From Nitrososphaera viennensis EN76 (GTDB taxonomy: Archaea; Thermoproteota; Nitrososphaeria; Nitrososphaerales; Nitrososphaeraceae): DNA of 32,000 nucleotides. The notes under the pieces were generated by a model, which was not told the origin of the DNA, did no database searches, and worked only from the letters and a program-made list of their open reading frames with translations. Where the stretch lies: NCBI RefSeq assembly GCF_000698785.1, contig NZ_CP007536.1, positions 360,001 to 392,000 of the forward strand. Reading direction: 5' to 3'. A program made the position numbers and the translations under genes. How positions within the stretch are numbered: the stretch's first letter is position 1; each line of letters starts with the position of its first letter. Of the stretch, positions 8,200 through 15,062 are shown piece by piece.

Positions 8200-8676
8200 T
8201 TGCTAAAGGCAAAAAGTCCGCAAGAGTCAAGTGTGGAAACTACGGTCCTCATGATGCCGTCGGACGCAAATCCGATGGGGAATGTCTTTGGAGGTGTGAT
8301 ACTAAAGCACGTGGACCTCGTCGCCGGCATCGTTGCCAAGAGGCACGTGGGGCACCCAAACGTCGTCACAGCGACCATGGACAGGATGACCTTTCTAAAG
8401 CCGGTGTTCATCGGCAACGCGCTCGTGCTGTCTGCAAGGATAAACTATGTGAGAAGGTCCTCGATGGAGGTTGAAGTCACGGTCGAGTCGGAAGACTATG
8501 ACAGCGGGACGAAGGCTCGTACAGGGACGGCGTTTGTGACTCTTGTGGCGCTGGACAAGCGCGGCAAGGCGACCGAGGTGCCGCCACTCCTGCTTGAAAC
8601 TGCCGAGGACAAGAAGCGCTTTTCCGAGGGAGAAAAGCGGATGCAGCAGCGCCTGCGCGAAGCCGGCAAGCTCTAG
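8200..8676 (+). CDS. Acyl-CoA thioesterase, hotdog fold (YciA/ACOT-like)
   Basis: VLMMPSDANPMGNVFGGVILKHVDLVAGIVAKRH...VVTATMDRMTFLKPVFIGNALVLSARINYVRRSSMEVEV is the classic acyl-CoA hydrolase pattern. Start uncertain (TTG 8200, GTG 8233 or ATG 8251). Confidence 0.75.
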   Translation: MLKAKSPQESSVETTVLMMPSDANPMGNVFGGVILKHVDLVAGIVAKRHVGHPNVVTATMDRMTFLKPVFIGNALVLSARINYVRRSSMEVEVTVESEDYDSGTKARTGTAFVTLVALDKRGKATEVPPLLLETAEDKKRFSEGEKRMQQRLREAGKL

Positions 8677-8898
8677 TTACTCGAAATATTCCAGCTCTTC
8701 AGAATCCTCATCGTCTTCCTCATCGTCTTCGACATCGATGGCATTCTCGATCTCGGGCGGCCCAGCACTTGCAGGCTGGTTCTTTTTCAGGTTTGTATTG
8801 AGCCTGCGAAGCTCGGCAAGTATCTCGCGCAAGAGCACGACGACCTGCTCGTCTTCCTTTGCTTTTGCATTTGCCTTGGCCTTTGTCCTTTTTGCCAC
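8677..8898 (-). CDS. Small hypothetical protein with basic N-terminus and strongly acidic C-terminal tail
   Basis: 73 aa with GTG start: AKRTKAKANAKAKEDEQ...DVEDDEEDDEDSEELEYFE. A TATA-like box (complement of 8922-8929) is centred about 27 nt upstream. Its stop abuts the thioesterase stop. No family recognised. Confidence 0.45.
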   Translation of the reverse strand: MAKRTKAKANAKAKEDEQVVVLLREILAELRRLNTNLKKNQPASAGPPEIENAIDVEDDEEDDEDSEELEYFE

Positions 8899-8921
8899 TG
8901 GCCTTTCCTGCCCTTGCCTTC

Positions 8922-8929
8922 TAATTAAT
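8922..8929 (-). promoter_or_regulatory. TATA-like box for the small acidic protein gene
   Basis: Minus strand reads ATTAATTA, centred about 27 nt upstream of the GTG at 8898. Confidence 0.35.
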
Positions 8930-8939
8930 GATGATGTCT

Positions 8940-9821
8940 CTAGCTGTAGCGCTTTTCCAGATTCATGTACTTTTGCAGGTCGACAAACTCGTTAAAGTCC
9001 TTGAATGTGACCATCATCTTGCGCGTCTTTCTGGTGTAGCTGGTCTTTTTCAGCTCTGAAAACACCTCGCGCATTGCATACGTGGCGCTGTACAGGCCGG
9101 AGAGGGGCCAGACTGCTATCCTGTAGCCCAGCTTTAAAAGCTCCTGCCCTGTCAGGTTTGGAGTCACGCCGTCTTCAATCATGTTTGCCACAAGCGGGGC
9201 GTCTATCTCGTTGGCAACCTTTTTCAGCTCTTGCACGCTCCTTGGAGCCTCGACAAATATCACGTCGGCGCCGGCCTTTCTGTATGCCTTGCCCCTTTCT
9301 ATCGCCTCGTCAAGGCCCAACGGGGCCCTTGCGTCGGTCCTTGCGACGATGATGAAATCCTTGCTCTTCCGCGCCTCGACTGCCGCCTTTAGCTTTGGCA
9401 AATAGTCGTCCTTTGGGATCACGTCCTTACCCACCATGTGGCCGCACCGCTTGGGCCAGATCTGGTCTTCAAGGAATATCCCTGCCGCGCCGAGCGCTTC
9501 GAGGTCGCGAACAAGCCTCCACGCGTTGAGCGGGTTGCCATAGCCCGTGTCTGCATCCACGAGCACCGGGACGCTGACTGCACGTATGATGCGTCTTGCG
9601 TTGTCAACAGTCTCGCCTGCGTTCAAGAACCCAAAATCGGGCATGCCAAGGAGCGCAGCGGAAGAGCCATAGCCTGTCTGGAACATCGCTTCAAACCCGA
9701 CCTGCTCGGCAATCCTTGCGCTCAGAGCGTCAAACACGCCCGGCAAAACTATTATCCTGTTCTTGTCTTCAAGCTGCTCACGAAGGGAACGCGGCTTTTG
9801 CATTTGTGAGTGTGAAAGCAC
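8940..9821 (-). CDS. Isocitrate lyase/PEP mutase superfamily enzyme, 2-methylisocitrate-lyase-like (PrpB-like)
   Basis: VLPGVFDALSARIAEQVGFEAMFQTGYG, VLVDADTGYGN and GIFLEDQIWPKRCGHMVGK. The KRCGH catalytic-loop signature is of the lyase type. Confidence 0.75.
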   Translation of the reverse strand: MLSHSQMQKPRSLREQLEDKNRIIVLPGVFDALSARIAEQVGFEAMFQTGYGSSAALLGMPDFGFLNAGETVDNARRIIRAVSVPVLVDADTGYGNPLNAWRLVRDLEALGAAGIFLEDQIWPKRCGHMVGKDVIPKDDYLPKLKAAVEARKSKDFIIVARTDARAPLGLDEAIERGKAYRKAGADVIFVEAPRSVQELKKVANEIDAPLVANMIEDGVTPNLTGQELLKLGYRIAVWPLSGLYSATYAMREVFSELKKTSYTRKTRKMMVTFKDFNEFVDLQKYMNLEKRYS

Positions 9822-9841
9822 TGTGCAACATTATTATGCGT

Positions 9842-10252
9842 TTAGTAATGATCTACGGGCCAGCCACCCGGCGTCATCAGTTCCACCAGGTTGCCAGCCG
9901 GGTCGCGAAAATACAGCGACCTTGCCTCCTTCCAGTTGACTTCAAGCTCTATTGCAATGCCGTTTTGCGCAAGGCACTCCTTCCACTTTTCATAATCGCT
10001 GGCTTCTATTTCAAGCGCAAAGTGGGTGCTTCCGTGCGCCCCGTGCGGCGGCAGCTTGTCGTTTGAAGGAAACGTGCGGTCGGGGTTGAATGCAAGGAGC
10101 ATGCTGGCGCCTGCCTTTAGAAATACGAGCTTGTTCTTTTCCTCCTCGATTACTTCAAACCCTAAAACATCTGAATAGAATTTCTTTAGCGGTTCAAGGT
10201 CGCGGGAATAGATGGAGGTCTCTATTACTTTTCTGACTTTCATTATCGTCAT
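9842..10252 (-). CDS. VOC (glyoxalase/bleomycin-resistance/dioxygenase) family protein
   Basis: 136 aa. ETSIYSRDLEPLKKFYSDVLGFEVIEEE...HFALEIE...LYFRDPAGNLVELMTP has a typical VOC beta-alpha-beta-beta-beta pattern. Confidence 0.7.
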   Translation of the reverse strand: MTIMKVRKVIETSIYSRDLEPLKKFYSDVLGFEVIEEEKNKLVFLKAGASMLLAFNPDRTFPSNDKLPPHGAHGSTHFALEIEASDYEKWKECLAQNGIAIELEVNWKEARSLYFRDPAGNLVELMTPGGWPVDHY

Positions 10253-10254
10253 TA

Positions 10255-10425
10255 TTATTGCGCTGCCTGCTGCTCTTCTTGCGGTTCTGTTTCAATGGTG
10301 CCGTCAGCAAGCTTGGTCACGTTTATTTTGCATTGCCTGCACTCGTAGAATTTCGTTGGCGGGTCGTGCAGGACGGAGCCGTTGAGCCAGACCATCATCG
10401 CTCCGCACACGGGGCAGTTCATCAT
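10255..10425 (-). CDS. Small zinc-ribbon protein (56 aa)
   Basis: Below the track cut-off: MMNCPVCGAMMVWLNGSVLHDPPTKFYECRQCKINVTKLADGTIETEPQEEQQAAQ. It has CxxC...CxxC. Its stop is 2 nt from the VOC start on the same strand. A TATA-like box is centred about 29 nt upstream. Confidence 0.45.
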   Translation of the reverse strand: MMNCPVCGAMMVWLNGSVLHDPPTKFYECRQCKINVTKLADGTIETEPQEEQQAAQ

Positions 10426-10450
10426 ATACGCAGTAGAGTTTGCAGGTACT

Positions 10451-10458
10451 GTTAATAT
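10451..10458 (-). promoter_or_regulatory. TATA-like box (minus-strand ATATTAAC) for the Zn-ribbon/VOC/lyase unit
   Basis: Centred about 29 nt upstream of the ATG at 10425. Confidence 0.35.
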
Positions 10459-10666
10459 GCTTTATCTCGCCAGTTTTGGACCGCTAACTTTCGATATTCT
10501 GCTTGTCTGCGACACATTTGTGTGGTGTTCCATCTTGTACAAGATGCATGACAAACGCAAGTTCTGGAAAAACCCTCTGTGACGGCCTTTATGGAGGATA
10601 AATCATACATAAAGCCCGCATTTTAGCCAGAAAATCATTAAAATCTTGCAGTTAAATGATCCGTAT

Positions 10667-10752
10667 CAGGCGCGTGTCAGCCTCGCGCCTGAGCAAGTGT
10701 CGAACAACCCCGGTGCCCCTACCTGCTGCTGGCAGTTATAGTAGGTAGGGGC
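10667..10752. other. Two GC-rich inverted repeats in an AT-rich intergenic region; candidate structured RNA and/or operator
   Basis: IR1 is CAGGCGCG-N9-CGCGCCTG (10667-10691). IR2 is GCCCCTACCT-N18-AGGTAGGGGC (10715-10752). Both are perfect and are preceded by a TTAAAT box at 10652-10657. Confidence 0.35.
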
Positions 10753-10758
10753 GCATGA

Positions 10759-10776
10759 TAATTAAATCTTTAATTA
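10759..10776. promoter_or_regulatory. 18-bp AT palindrome TAATTAAA-TC-TTTAATTA
   Basis: Perfect 8-bp arms read directly from the sequence, immediately after IR2. Candidate transcription-factor site. Confidence 0.3.
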
Positions 10777-10958
10777 ACCTCGCTAAAGTGTGTCGGGCGA
10801 TAATGGATGCTAACTGCAATGATGTATGGCATACATGCATGTTTAAAGTTCGTGATTTCTTACATATGCCTCTTAACATAGCGTATTGACTCATAAAGTT
10901 AAGGTAATTGCTAAATTTGGAGCTAAATTTTAAGTAATTTGCTTGGCTATGTGAATAG

Positions 10959-10975
10959 TTGTTCAATGTGAACAA
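10959..10975. promoter_or_regulatory. 17-bp palindrome TTGTTCA-ATG-TGAACAA upstream of the Lrp/AsnC gene
   Basis: Perfect 7-bp arms centred 37 nt upstream of ATG 11004. This position fits an autoregulatory operator, but it is statistically weak on its own. Confidence 0.3.
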
Positions 10976-11003
10976 TGACCGTCTGTTATGAAAAAAATGG
11001 TTG

Positions 11004-11498
11004 ATGATGGCCATGAGAAAAAATAACGTTGATGCGCCACACATTGACGAATTTGACGCAAAGCTGCTCAGCCTTTTGACGTCGCAGGAAAGCTATTCGA
11101 GCAAAGACCTGGCTGCAAAATTGGATAAACCGCTGAGCACAGTTCAAAGAAGGATCAGGATTCTTTTTGAAAACGGCTACATCAAGAAAAAATATGAAGT
11201 CGACTATTTGAAACTGGGCTGCAGAAAAGGGCTTTTGGACATCTGCCTTAAAGACAGCGACATAGAGTGTGTGGCAAAAAAAGTATCGAGGATAAGTGGC
11301 GTGATACTGGTGTCGGTTCCACTGGGCCACTCTGATCTATCTGCATCCTTTGTTTACCGGACCAACGAGGAGGTCTTGCGATTTATCCGGCAGGTAAAGA
11401 AAATGCCAGAGGTGCAGCGTGTTACGTGGACGGAGGAAGTCTTTAGCCTGTCGGCGGCCCGGCCCGTGCTTGTAGAGTGCTTGTGCAGCGCCGCCTAG
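11004..11498 (+). CDS. Lrp/AsnC family transcriptional regulator
   Basis: N-terminal HTH: DEFDAKLLSLLTSQESYSSKDLAAKLDKPLSTVQRRIRILFENGYIKKY. C-terminal RAM-like domain ending VQRVTWTEEVFSL. The track start is TTG 11001; the first ATG is at 11004. Confidence 0.8.
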   Translation: MMAMRKNNVDAPHIDEFDAKLLSLLTSQESYSSKDLAAKLDKPLSTVQRRIRILFENGYIKKKYEVDYLKLGCRKGLLDICLKDSDIECVAKKVSRISGVILVSVPLGHSDLSASFVYRTNEEVLRFIRQVKKMPEVQRVTWTEEVFSLSAARPVLVECLCSAA

Positions 11499-11655
11499 GC
11501 ACAGTTCTTGCTAGCTACACCGTTATGCTCCAGTCTTTATTATGATGCCAGAGCAAGCGCATGAAATTCTGCATGTTGTTGTCGTCAAGACGCTATGCGC
11601 GCATGTGATTCTGGCCTTGAATGGCTGCCGCCCCTTGTTTTTCCACAACAGATTT

Positions 11656-11802
11656 TCAGCTGCGGACCATTTGCCTGTTGGGCCTGTACTCGCGCATTTC
11701 AGAACCGCAGTACACGCAGCGGTACACGTCGACCTGCTGGCCTGAACCCCTGTCAAACCTTGTGGAAAAGGCAAGCTCGCGGTGGCAATGAACACACTTC
11801 AT
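11656..11802 (-). CDS. Small zinc-ribbon protein (48 aa)
   Basis: Below the track cut-off: MKCVHCHRELAFSTRFDRGSGQQVDVYRCVYCGSEMREYRPNRQMVRS. It has CxxC...CxxC. A TATA box (minus-strand CTTTTATAC, 11824-11832) is centred 26 nt upstream of the ATG. Confidence 0.4.
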   Translation of the reverse strand: MKCVHCHRELAFSTRFDRGSGQQVDVYRCVYCGSEMREYRPNRQMVRS

Positions 11803-11823
11803 AAAGCTTGTTTTTGCAAACTT

Positions 11824-11832
11824 GTATAAAAG
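11824..11832 (-). promoter_or_regulatory. TATA box (minus-strand CTTTTATAC) for the 48-aa zinc-ribbon ORF
   Basis: Centred 26 nt upstream of the ATG at 11802. Confidence 0.4.
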
Positions 11833-11897
11833 CAAAACTGATCCCTGTTTGCTTGATTTCCAATGGCTTTTTTAGTTTAGCATGATTCTCAAAAAGC

Positions 11898-12524
11898 GTG
11901 ATATCTGACGCCGAGGGCGCCGAGCTCGTACGGCTTGCAAGGCTGGCCGTGGAAAAGTACGTGACCGAGTCAGTCGCCATAACAAATCCTGCAAGAGAGC
12001 TTGCAAAATCCGGCGTCTTTGTCACGATAAATAACTACCACCTCGCGGGGCGCGGCGAGGACCTGCGCGGGTGCATCGGCTTTCCCCTGCCGTACAAGGG
12101 GTTGCACCAGTCGGTCATCGAGGCCGCTATTGCGGCAGCCACGCAGGACCCGCGTTTTCCACCTGTCGACGGCAAGGAGCTTGAGCACCTTACCTTTGAG
12201 GTGAGCGTGCTGACAGAGCCGGAAGAGATACCGGGAAGCCCCGCCGGGCGCAAAAAACATGTCGTAATCGGGCGTGACGGGCTCTTGCTCAAATGGAAGC
12301 ACGGCTCAGGACTGCTCTTGCCGCAGGTGCCTGTCGAGCTGGCATGGGACATCGACGAGTACCTGGCAAACATTTGCTACAAGGCCGGCGCGCCGCCTGA
12401 CGCCTGGCTCGACCCGTCGTCAAGGCTCTATACGTTTCAGGCGCAGGTTTTCAAGGAGGAAAAACCCCGGGGAAACGTGGTGCAGCTTGGTGACAACAAC
12501 TACAATAACAATAATAACAAATAA
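11898..12524 (+). CDS. AMMECR1 domain protein
   Basis: GVFVTINNYHLAGRGEDLRGCIGFPLPYKGLHQSVIEAAIAAATQDPRFPPV and GLLLPQV motifs. GTG start. Ends in a poly-Asn tail, DNNYNNNNNK. Confidence 0.8.
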   Translation: MISDAEGAELVRLARLAVEKYVTESVAITNPARELAKSGVFVTINNYHLAGRGEDLRGCIGFPLPYKGLHQSVIEAAIAAATQDPRFPPVDGKELEHLTFEVSVLTEPEEIPGSPAGRKKHVVIGRDGLLLKWKHGSGLLLPQVPVELAWDIDEYLANICYKAGAPPDAWLDPSSRLYTFQAQVFKEEKPRGNVVQLGDNNYNNNNNK

Positions 12525-12554
12525 TATCGCCAGCTCCTCCATGCATTCCCGTAG

Positions 12555-13745
12555 TTGGGCAAGGCGTATCTTGCGCCGTACGGCGTCGGACTAGGTCATG
12601 CAAGCCGGATGGTGATGGTGGCAGACCACCTGCAGCAGCACAGCAGCGACGTCCAGGTGCGCTTCTCTTCATTTGGCGAGGCCGCAAAATACGTCTCCAT
12701 GAGGGGCTACCAGTGCGTAATCGCCCCGCCGGTCGAGTTTGCGTGGAGCGTCGAAGGCGGATTTTCGGTAAAGCACAGCATAGCCAACATTCCAATCTGG
12801 TTCACCAACCTTGCGCGCCAGGTAAACCATGAAACCCGCAACATGACCATGTACAGCCCCGATGTCATCCTGTCAGACTCGCGCCTTTCGCCGCTTCTTG
12901 CCGCAAAGCTCCTTGGGATACCTTCCATAGTGCTCCTGAATCAGGTCAAGCTCCTGCTGTCGCCAAGGCTACGGGAGTTTAGGATCTCGAGGTTGTTTGA
13001 GGCGATGGTGGGCGAGTTCCTGGGCTCGATGTGGAATATTGCCGACAGGATACTTGTGCCAGACCTGCCCCCTCCGTACACTATAGCCGCGCACAACGTA
13101 TGGTGCGTCGGCTCGGCCGCGCGCAAGCTGGAATACATCGGCTTTACGGCGCCCAAGCCTGTCGTGACAGAAGAGCGGGTTGCAAAGGTGGCATCCCGCC
13201 TCGACATAGACAGGTCAAGGCCAGTCGTGTTTGTGCACGTCAGCGGACCGATGGAGACGCGCATGCCCCTCATCAGGCTTGCACTTGAAGCGGCCAAGCA
13301 CGCAGACAACGACAACAACAGCAAGGACCTACAGTTCATCTTTTCCGAGGGCAGGCCGCACGGAAGCACCGAACCAAAAAAGATTGAACATGGTTGGTAT
13401 TACGAGTGGTGCCCTGTCCGAGACGAGGTGTTTGCGCTGAGCGACCTGGTGGTTATGCGCGGCGGCCATACCGCGCTTTCGCAGGCCATGCAGTTTGGCA
13501 AGCCCGTCGTGACGATACCAATAGAAAACCACGGCGAGCAGCTGGGCAACTCGGAAAAGATTGCCAAGCTTGGCGCCGGCGTGATGGTCCACCCAAAGAA
13601 GCTAAAGCCTGAGAAAATCGCGGACGCGGTGGAGCAGGTTCTTTCTGACCCTGCGTACAGAAAGAACGCCCTTGGCCTGAAAAAGATGACTGAGTCGCTA
13701 GATGGAATCAATAATGTCGTGAAGGTAGTTAGGTCCTACCTCTAG
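12555..13745 (+). CDS. GT-B glycosyltransferase (GT1/GT28, MurG/UDP-glycosyltransferase-like)
   Basis: N-terminal YLAPYGVGLGHASRMVMVADHL and C-terminal VVMRGGHTALSQAMQFGKPVVTIPIENHGEQLGNSEKIAKLGAGV nucleotide-sugar-binding region. TTG start. Confidence 0.65.
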   Translation: MGKAYLAPYGVGLGHASRMVMVADHLQQHSSDVQVRFSSFGEAAKYVSMRGYQCVIAPPVEFAWSVEGGFSVKHSIANIPIWFTNLARQVNHETRNMTMYSPDVILSDSRLSPLLAAKLLGIPSIVLLNQVKLLLSPRLREFRISRLFEAMVGEFLGSMWNIADRILVPDLPPPYTIAAHNVWCVGSAARKLEYIGFTAPKPVVTEERVAKVASRLDIDRSRPVVFVHVSGPMETRMPLIRLALEAAKHADNDNNSKDLQFIFSEGRPHGSTEPKKIEHGWYYEWCPVRDEVFALSDLVVMRGGHTALSQAMQFGKPVVTIPIENHGEQLGNSEKIAKLGAGVMVHPKKLKPEKIADAVEQVLSDPAYRKNALGLKKMTESLDGINNVVKVVRSYL

Positions 13746-14729
13746 CCTGATGCGCCTTGGCTTTTTCCCTTCTAGCCTCGTTTTTTTCAGTTTCACAAAC
13801 TCTTGACGCGTGACTCCTCTTGCCTCTTTTTCTTCTTCTTTTGTGCAGTCCATTTCTGAAAACATTAGCGGTACAAGAGGGAACTTGCCTGCGTCATGGA
13901 TTTCTTTCATGGCCATTTCTATGAACCACTGCGGGTGTGTGGCAAGCGACAGCGGAAGGACGACATTCTTGCTGCTCTCCACCCTGGCAAGCGTTCTTGC
14001 TGCGGCAAGGTCGAGCTGGAGCATCTTTGTCCTGCCGTCCTTTGCATGTACTACTGGTACCTTTGCTATTGCAATTTTCTGACTTTCCACTCTTGTTTTT
14101 TCCGCCAGCGACCTTGCAAGCTTGGCGTTTCTGCAAAGGTCGTCTTCATCGCTGTACAAGAGCAAGAGTTCTGGCAAAAAAAACCCTGCTCTGCAGGCTG
14201 CGATGCAGGAGGCAAGCGACAGCGGGCCCGTTATCGCGCAAGAAGCGCTTCCAAGCGAGCCGGCAAGCGCGCCGCCTGCGCCCTCGTACTCCTTGAGGGA
14301 GACAAATGCCCTCCTCCTGCCCGCGTATGCGGCTATTATTGTTGCTATGCTTGCTTCCCGCTCGCTTTTTGCGGGACTTGCGACGCCGGCAAGCTCTGCC
14401 GCAAGCGCGCCGGTGGCGGAAAACTCTAAATCCCTCGCGGCAAAGTTCCTGTCTTTCGATAGGTACACCTTGACGAAAAAGCTCTGGCCCTGCAGGACGG
14501 TCCGCCTGCCGACTTCTGCAATGGCCTTTGATATTGCAGAAAACTGGCTTTCACATTCTATCGCTATGGAAACCTTTGCGACGCCAAACATACCTGCAAT
14601 TTCCTGGGCGCGGTCAGTCTCAAGCACGACAATGCCTTCTTCTACCCTTGCGGCACCAAACCTTTGTAGCGCCTTTGCGAGCTCTTTTGCGCCTGTCTGC
14701 GGCGAGGGGTGGACTAGCACAAGCGTCAA
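13698..14729 (-). CDS. THUMP-domain protein, ThiI-like, with apparently degenerate PP-loop
   Basis: 343 aa. GQSFFVKVYLSKDRNFAARDLEFSATGALAAELAG has a THUMP-like pattern. Downstream, GSLGSASCAITGPLSLASCIAACRAGF sits where ThiI has the LLSGGIDSPVAA PP-loop. By-eye call. Long antisense ORFs here are attributed to the Ala-rich coding strand. Confidence 0.45.
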   Translation of the reverse strand: MTLVLVHPSPQTGAKELAKALQRFGAARVEEGIVVLETDRAQEIAGMFGVAKVSIAIECESQFSAISKAIAEVGRRTVLQGQSFFVKVYLSKDRNFAARDLEFSATGALAAELAGVASPAKSEREASIATIIAAYAGRRRAFVSLKEYEGAGGALAGSLGSASCAITGPLSLASCIAACRAGFFLPELLLLYSDEDDLCRNAKLARSLAEKTRVESQKIAIAKVPVVHAKDGRTKMLQLDLAAARTLARVESSKNVVLPLSLATHPQWFIEMAMKEIHDAGKFPLVPLMFSEMDCTKEEEKEARGVTRQEFVKLKKTRLEGKKPRRIRLEVGPNYLHDIIDSI

Positions 14730-14769
14730 CAGTGCAGAGAAATGCTGGGCAGGTAATTAATCATATGTG

Positions 14770-14813
14770 ATATTGAAAAGAAAGATAAAAAGGGCATAAA
14801 GCCCTGAGTTTTT
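14770..14813 (-). terminator. Hairpin plus T-rich tract downstream of the 82-aa membrane protein gene
   Basis: The minus strand after the stop reads AAAAAACTC-AGGGC-TTTAT-GCCCT-TTTTATCTTTCTTTTC. This is a 5-bp stem followed by an oligo-T-rich run, the usual archaeal termination signal. Confidence 0.35.
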
Positions 14814-15062
14814 TTACCAGTGATGCTTTTCGTCCGGAATCAGGCCGATCTGCTCGCGTTCAAAGTACCTTTCCAGTTCTTGGGCCCACTTTTCCTTTGC
14901 AGAGCCACCGCCAAGACCCTTCCTTCTAAGCCAGAAGGCGATCACGCCAAGCAGGAACACTGCAAACAGCATGGTTCCGAAGATGTAGACCATGACGTCA
15001 TAGAACAGCGGGTCGTAGTTCGGACCGATCTGCCCAATTAGACTTCCGAAGTTCATTAGCAT
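14814..15062 (-). CDS. Small membrane protein, hypothetical
   Basis: 82 aa with one central TM helix (VMVYIFGTMLFAVFLLGVIAFWL) followed by RRKGLGGG and a charged tail. A hairpin plus T-rich tract follows its stop. Confidence 0.45.
   Translation of the reverse strand: MLMNFGSLIGQIGPNYDPLFYDVMVYIFGTMLFAVFLLGVIAFWLRRKGLGGGSAKEKWAQELERYFEREQIGLIPDEKHHW

Noticed and set aside
8543-8995. 150-aa Ser-rich plus-strand ORF
   Set aside because: It is a shadow of the acidic minus-strand micro-gene: GAA/GAC repeats read as Ser/Phe on the other strand. It also spans an intergenic gap.
8940-9821. Possible PEP mutase marking a phosphonate biosynthesis locus
   Set aside because: The catalytic loop reads EDQIWPKRCGH, the lyase-type KRCGH signature, not the EDKxxxxxNS motif of true PEP mutases. 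No phosphonopyruvate decarboxylase or other phosphonate gene is nearby.
10452-10610. 52-aa Cys-containing minus-strand ORF (MYDLSSIKAVTEGFSRTCVCHASCTRW...)
   Set aside because: It would overlap the TATA box of the Zn-ribbon unit. It has no clear CxxC ribbon pattern and no upstream promoter box. The evidence is insufficient.
10736-11044. 102-aa minus-strand ORF in the long intergenic region
   Set aside because: It has AT-rich, low-complexity, Phe/Asn/Leu-rich sequence. It overlaps the Lrp start and has no promoter-like box at the right distance.
12487-12524. (AAC/AAT)n low-complexity tract encoding the DNNYNNNNNK tail of AMMECR1
   Set aside because: This is a short coding microsatellite with no evidence of function. 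A similar acidic tandem 12-mer lies at about 8703-8726 in the small acidic protein. Both were noted only as low-complexity tails.
13896-14760. Plus-strand ORFs of 177 and 212 aa overlapping the THUMP-like gene
   Set aside because: They are Ala/Ser/Pro-rich shadow frames of an Ala-rich minus-strand gene. Only the minus frame shows domain-like patterns and sensible gene boundaries.
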